Shown here: piece after piece, positions 60,301 through 64,000 of the stretch | How the letters are laid out: every line of letters begins with the position of its first letter | How positions within the stretch are numbered: the first letter of the stretch is position 1 | NCBI GenBank assembly: GCA_002269645.1 | Contig: NIVC01002321.1 | Span: forward strand, 62,001 to 126,000 | Direction: 5' to 3' | Source of the DNA: Macrostomum lignano | Lineage: Eukaryota | Length of the DNA: 64,000 bases | Made by a program: the position numbers and the translations under genes | The notes under the pieces: model-generated | Databases searched by the model: none | Told to the model about the DNA's origin: nothing | Seen by the model: the letters and a program-made list of their open reading frames with translations, nothing else

Positions 60301-61189
60301 AATAAAACACAAATTAATGCAACGAGAAAAATAAACCATAAAAAACTGCTTTTTAGCCTCAGCTAAAAATTAATATTAATCTTCAGAAGCATTCTCTAAG
60401 ATTCTATACAGATACAGAAAAGGTTAAAACTTTTACAGTGCAGTTTCGCGAACGCACGGATTAGCAAAGATTTCGTCTGGCAAAGCAAAATTGTCGTCTC
60501 GGTAGTTGTCAGAATCTTCGCCGAGAATTTGAGTGCTGACCTGACAGGTGAGTGGGGAGTAGGTGACAACCTGCTGTTGCTGCTGCTGCTGTTGTTCGGA
60601 TTTCGGCCGACCAGCAATCAAAAATGCGATCCCGGCTGTGGAGAGAAATTAATAAAATGCGATGGCTTTTTTTACAAGAAAAGTAGCCAATGCTCTCCTA
60701 ATTCTGTAGCTAATGCTCACCTAATTCTGTAGCTAATGTGCGGCTAATTCTACCAGTATAACTGATGTCTTTATAATTTTTTAGCTATTGGGCGACTAAT
60801 TCTGTTGCTAATATTCGCCATAGTCCTATATAAGAGGCGCCAATTTCTCTGTCACATGTGTCTTTTCTATTTATTTTCTGTACTTTTAACTCAGCTATTA
60901 AAGTCTCTAATGAAAATCATTGGGACAATAAAACATAAGGAGTAGTGTAGATAGTTTTTGTTGCCATTACTGAAATTAAGGAAAACTTTTTGTGCGGTAC
61001 ACAATAGTTTGTGCATTTAAAGTGGACAGACAACAGGAATGTACATGTACAATGTACATGTAAAGTTTTAACTCGCTATGTTGAGGTTTATGAGGTCTAC
61101 GCCATTCATAGAAAGCTATACATTGTTCTGAATCATCTATGAGCTACAGATAGGCATGAATTTAATTCTCTGATGTCCTGCTCCTCTGC

Positions 61190-61740
61190 ACCCCCAAATT
61201 AATCCACCACCCCAATTCTCTCGCGTCCTGACTCACCATCCTCACCCCCAAATTAACCCACCACCCCAATTTTCTCACGTCCTGACTGACCCTCCTCACC
61301 CCAAATTAACCCACCATCCCAATTCTCTCGCGTCCAGACTGACCCTCTGCACCCCCAAATTAACCCACCACCCCAATTCTCTCGCGTCCTGATTGACCCT
61401 CCTCACCCCCAAATTAACCCACCACCCCAATTCTCTCGCGTCCTGACTGACCCTCCTCACCCCCAAATTAACCCACCACCCCAATTCTCTCGCGTCCAGA
61501 CTGACCATCCTCACCCCCAAATTAACCCACCACCCCAATTCTCTCGCGTCCAGACTGACCCTCCGCACCCCCAAATTAACCCACCACCCCAATTCTCTCG
61601 CGTCCAGACTGACCCTCCGCCCCCCAAATTAACCCACCACCCCAACTCTCTCGCGTCCAGACTGACCCTCCGCACCCCCAAATTAACCCACCACCCCAAC
61701 TCTCTCGCGTCCAGACTGACCCTCCGCACCCACAAATTAA
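61190..61740. repeat. ~54-bp minisatellite (CCCCAAATTAACCCACCACCCCAATTCTCTCGCGTCCAGACTGACCCTCC...)
   Basis: About 10 copies. Confidence 0.95.
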
Positions 61741-62199
61741 CTCACGATCCCAATCCTCTCGTGTTCTAATTGTTATACAGATCTCAAATGCAATTATGTA
61801 TTGCTGTACGCCAGACAACAATTGAATAGTGTCAAACCAAATATTTTCTACGAGAAGCAACCATACTAATAGCTAAACTGACAATCGGTATAATTTACCG
61901 ATCGTGTCTCAAGCTAAAACTGTGCAAGTTTTTTTTCAGGCCTCCACTCAGCAATTCGGTCAAGAACTATCTTCTCCACATTCGCTTCTCCCCTTTCGAA
62001 TCAATATATAGTCTTATTTCTCTCCATAGGACTAAGTGTTTTTGTGTAACGAAACGATGATGGGTAGATAGTATCGTTTTTTGACCACAAAAGTTTTGAC
62101 TCTAAAAAATTTGAGTCGAATTTTTAGGAAATTTAAATTACGAGCGTAAATTTGAGTTGAAAATTGGACTTCCTGGTCACAGCATTAGAGATCTTTGTG

Positions 62200-62958
62200 G
62201 AGGGGGAGAAGAGGAACGGAAAAGCGGGGGGAGAAGCGGAGGGGAGAAGCGGAGAGGAGAAGCGGAGGGTAAGAAGCAGAGGGGGAGAAGCGGAGGGGAG
62301 AAGCGGAGGGGAGAAGCGGAGGGGAGAAGCGGGGGGGGGAGAAGCGGAGGGGGAGAAGCAGGGAGGAAGAAGCGGAGGGGGAAAGCGGAAGGGAAATAGC
62401 AGAAGGGGAGAAGCGGAGGGGGAGAAGCGGAGGGGGAGAAGCGGAGGGGGTGAAGCGGAGGGGGAGAAGCAGAGGGGGAGAAGCGGAGGGGAGAAGCGGA
62501 GGGGAGAAGCGGAGGGGGAGAAGCGGAGGGTAAGAAGCAGAAGGGGAGAAGCGGAGGGGGAGAAGCGGAGGGGGTGAAGCGGAGGGGGAGAAGCAGAGGG
62601 GGAGAAGCGGAGGGGGAGAAGCGGAGGGGAGAAGCGGAGGGGAGAAGCGGAGGGGGTGAAGCGGAGGGGGAGAAGCAGAGGGGGAGAAGCGGAGGGGGAG
62701 AAGCGGAGGGGAGAAGCGGAGGGGTGAAGCGGAGGGGAGAAGCGGAGGGTAAGAAGCAGAGGGGGAGAAGCGGAGGGGAGAAGCGGAGGGGAGAAGCGGA
62801 GGGGAGAAGCGGAGGGGAGAAGCGGAGGGGGAAGCGGAGGGGGTGAAGCGGAGGGGGTGAAGCGGAGGGGAGAAGCGGAGGGAGAAGCGCGGAGGGGAGA
62901 AGCGGAGGGGTGAAGCGGAGGGGGAGAAGCAGAGGGGGAGAAGCGGAGGGGAGAAGCG
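62200..62958. repeat. G-rich 13-15 bp repeat GGAGGGGGAGAAGC
   Basis: Direct reading; lies just 3' of the mGluR stop. Confidence 0.95.
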
Positions 62959-62980
62959 GCCTGATCGCGCAGACAGCCAT

Positions 62981-63631
62981 TCAGCGATCAGGCACTCGGG
63001 GCAACCTACAATCCGCTGCACCAGAAGAATGAGCGGCAGGCATCGCAAAGGTCGCCTCCTCGTCGATGAACCAGGTGACCCGGCTGAACAGCAGGTCGGA
63101 TTCCACGGCAGTCGATGTTTCCCGACTGCGAACCATCAGCTCCGAGGCATTCGAGGGATTAGCAACGGATGAGAATTTATTTGACTGGAAGAATTCCCCA
63201 CGCCGCCTAGAGGGGATAAAATCCCCGTTAGCGAGCGGTGAGAAATCCCTACCGAAATCTGGGCCTTTGATGTTGCCTCCGCCGCCGTCGCCGCCACTGT
63301 CGCTGTCGCTGTCGGATGCGACACCGCCGTCAGCCGGCAATGCCGAGGCGGTCGGAGGCTCCGCCCTGCCCTCCGCCGTATCGATGTTGGCGGCCGCTTC
63401 GCTGCGACTCCGAACTCCACTGCCCAGCAGCAGCGGCTTTTTCGTCGGCGAGAACAGCTCGCGTCTCCCTTGAGCGCTGGCGCCGCCGCCGCCAGCTGCC
63501 GGTGAGGCATTCGATCGGCGGACATTCTTGTGTGGCTTGAACAACACAATGTAGATCTTTGGGACGAACATGCAGCCAACAGTGACCGAGGCGCTGATGC
63601 TGATGCACATGCACAGGGAGGTCAGCTTAAT
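62981..63631 (-). CDS. Metabotropic glutamate receptor (class C GPCR), last coding exon (TM7 and C-terminal tail); the rest lies beyond the window
   Basis: IKLTSLCMCISISASVTVGCMFVPKIYIVLFKPHKNVRR is a typical mGluR TM7/helix 8. Acceptor cgagcag|ATT; 651 nt to TGA. Confidence 0.88.
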   Translation of the reverse strand: MKLTSLCMCISISASVTVGCMFVPKIYIVLFKPHKNVRRSNASPAAGGGGASAQGRRELFSPTKKPLLLGSGVRSRSEAAANIDTAEGRAEPPTASALPADGGVASDSDSDSGGDGGGGNIKGPDFGRDFSPLANGDFIPSRRRGEFFQSNKFSSVANPSNASELMVRSRETSTAVESDLLFSRVTWFIDEEATFAMPAAHSSGAADCRLPRVPDR

Positions 63632-63869
63632 CTGCTCGGGCAGCAGGTGGTTTGGCATTTTTGTCATGCGTTTGTTCGATAACAAATCATCAAGCATTTC
63701 TCTCCTGCATCTCCGACTGCATTTCCTACAATGTTCTCTACAACGTCCCCTAAAGCACTCCGGCCCGCGAAGCCTCTCTTCAATCCTCGGGACCTTTGAA
63801 ACTTCACAATAGCAATCCGGCCCGCTCAAGATCTGTGTCTCTTCTCAGCTCTCTTCTGGCTAACCTCCT

Positions 63870-64000
63870 CTTTTCTTTTTTTTCTCCTCTCCTCTCCTCT
63901 CCATTCTCTCCTCTCCTCTCCATTCTCTCCTCTCCTCTCCTCTCCTCTCCTCTCCTCTCCTCTCCTCTCCTCTCCTCTCCTCTCCTCTCCTCTCCTCTCC
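63870..64000. repeat. (CTCTC)n pentanucleotide repeat in the mGluR intron
   Basis: Direct reading. Confidence 0.95.

Overview
Eukaryotic (animal) genomic DNA with GC-rich exons, GT-AG introns mostly filled by micro/minisatellites, and TTAGGG repeats. The style suggests a free-living flatworm such as Macrostomum; this is inference only. Six spliced genes could be reconstructed with consistent splice phases: the 3' part of PPP1R21 (+), FAHD1 (+), a complete five-CUB SOL-1-like gene (+, 9 exons, ~903 aa), a TCAF/FAM115 M60-like peptidase (-, 7 exons, one in-frame TAG at codon 534), a complete rhabdomeric opsin (+, 6 exons, 408 aa) and the last coding exon of a metabotropic glutamate receptor (-). 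Mobile DNA includes a young full-length Mag-type Ty3/gypsy element (265-bp LTRs differing at 2 positions, GAATC TSD) inside a 21-bp satellite, a relic of a related element with the same PBS, a 5'-truncated RTE LINE, a CORE-type tRNA SINE and an element with perfect 55-bp inverted repeats. The most notable observations are: a gag start built from the primer-binding site, a splice acceptor amplified into a six-copy array, an in-frame stop in an otherwise intact peptidase gene that a 48-nt GT-AG intron could remove, and enrichment of the palindrome TACATGTA. Most long ORFs in the supplied track are artefacts of tandem repeats. No CRISPR, rRNA or intact tRNA gene was found.
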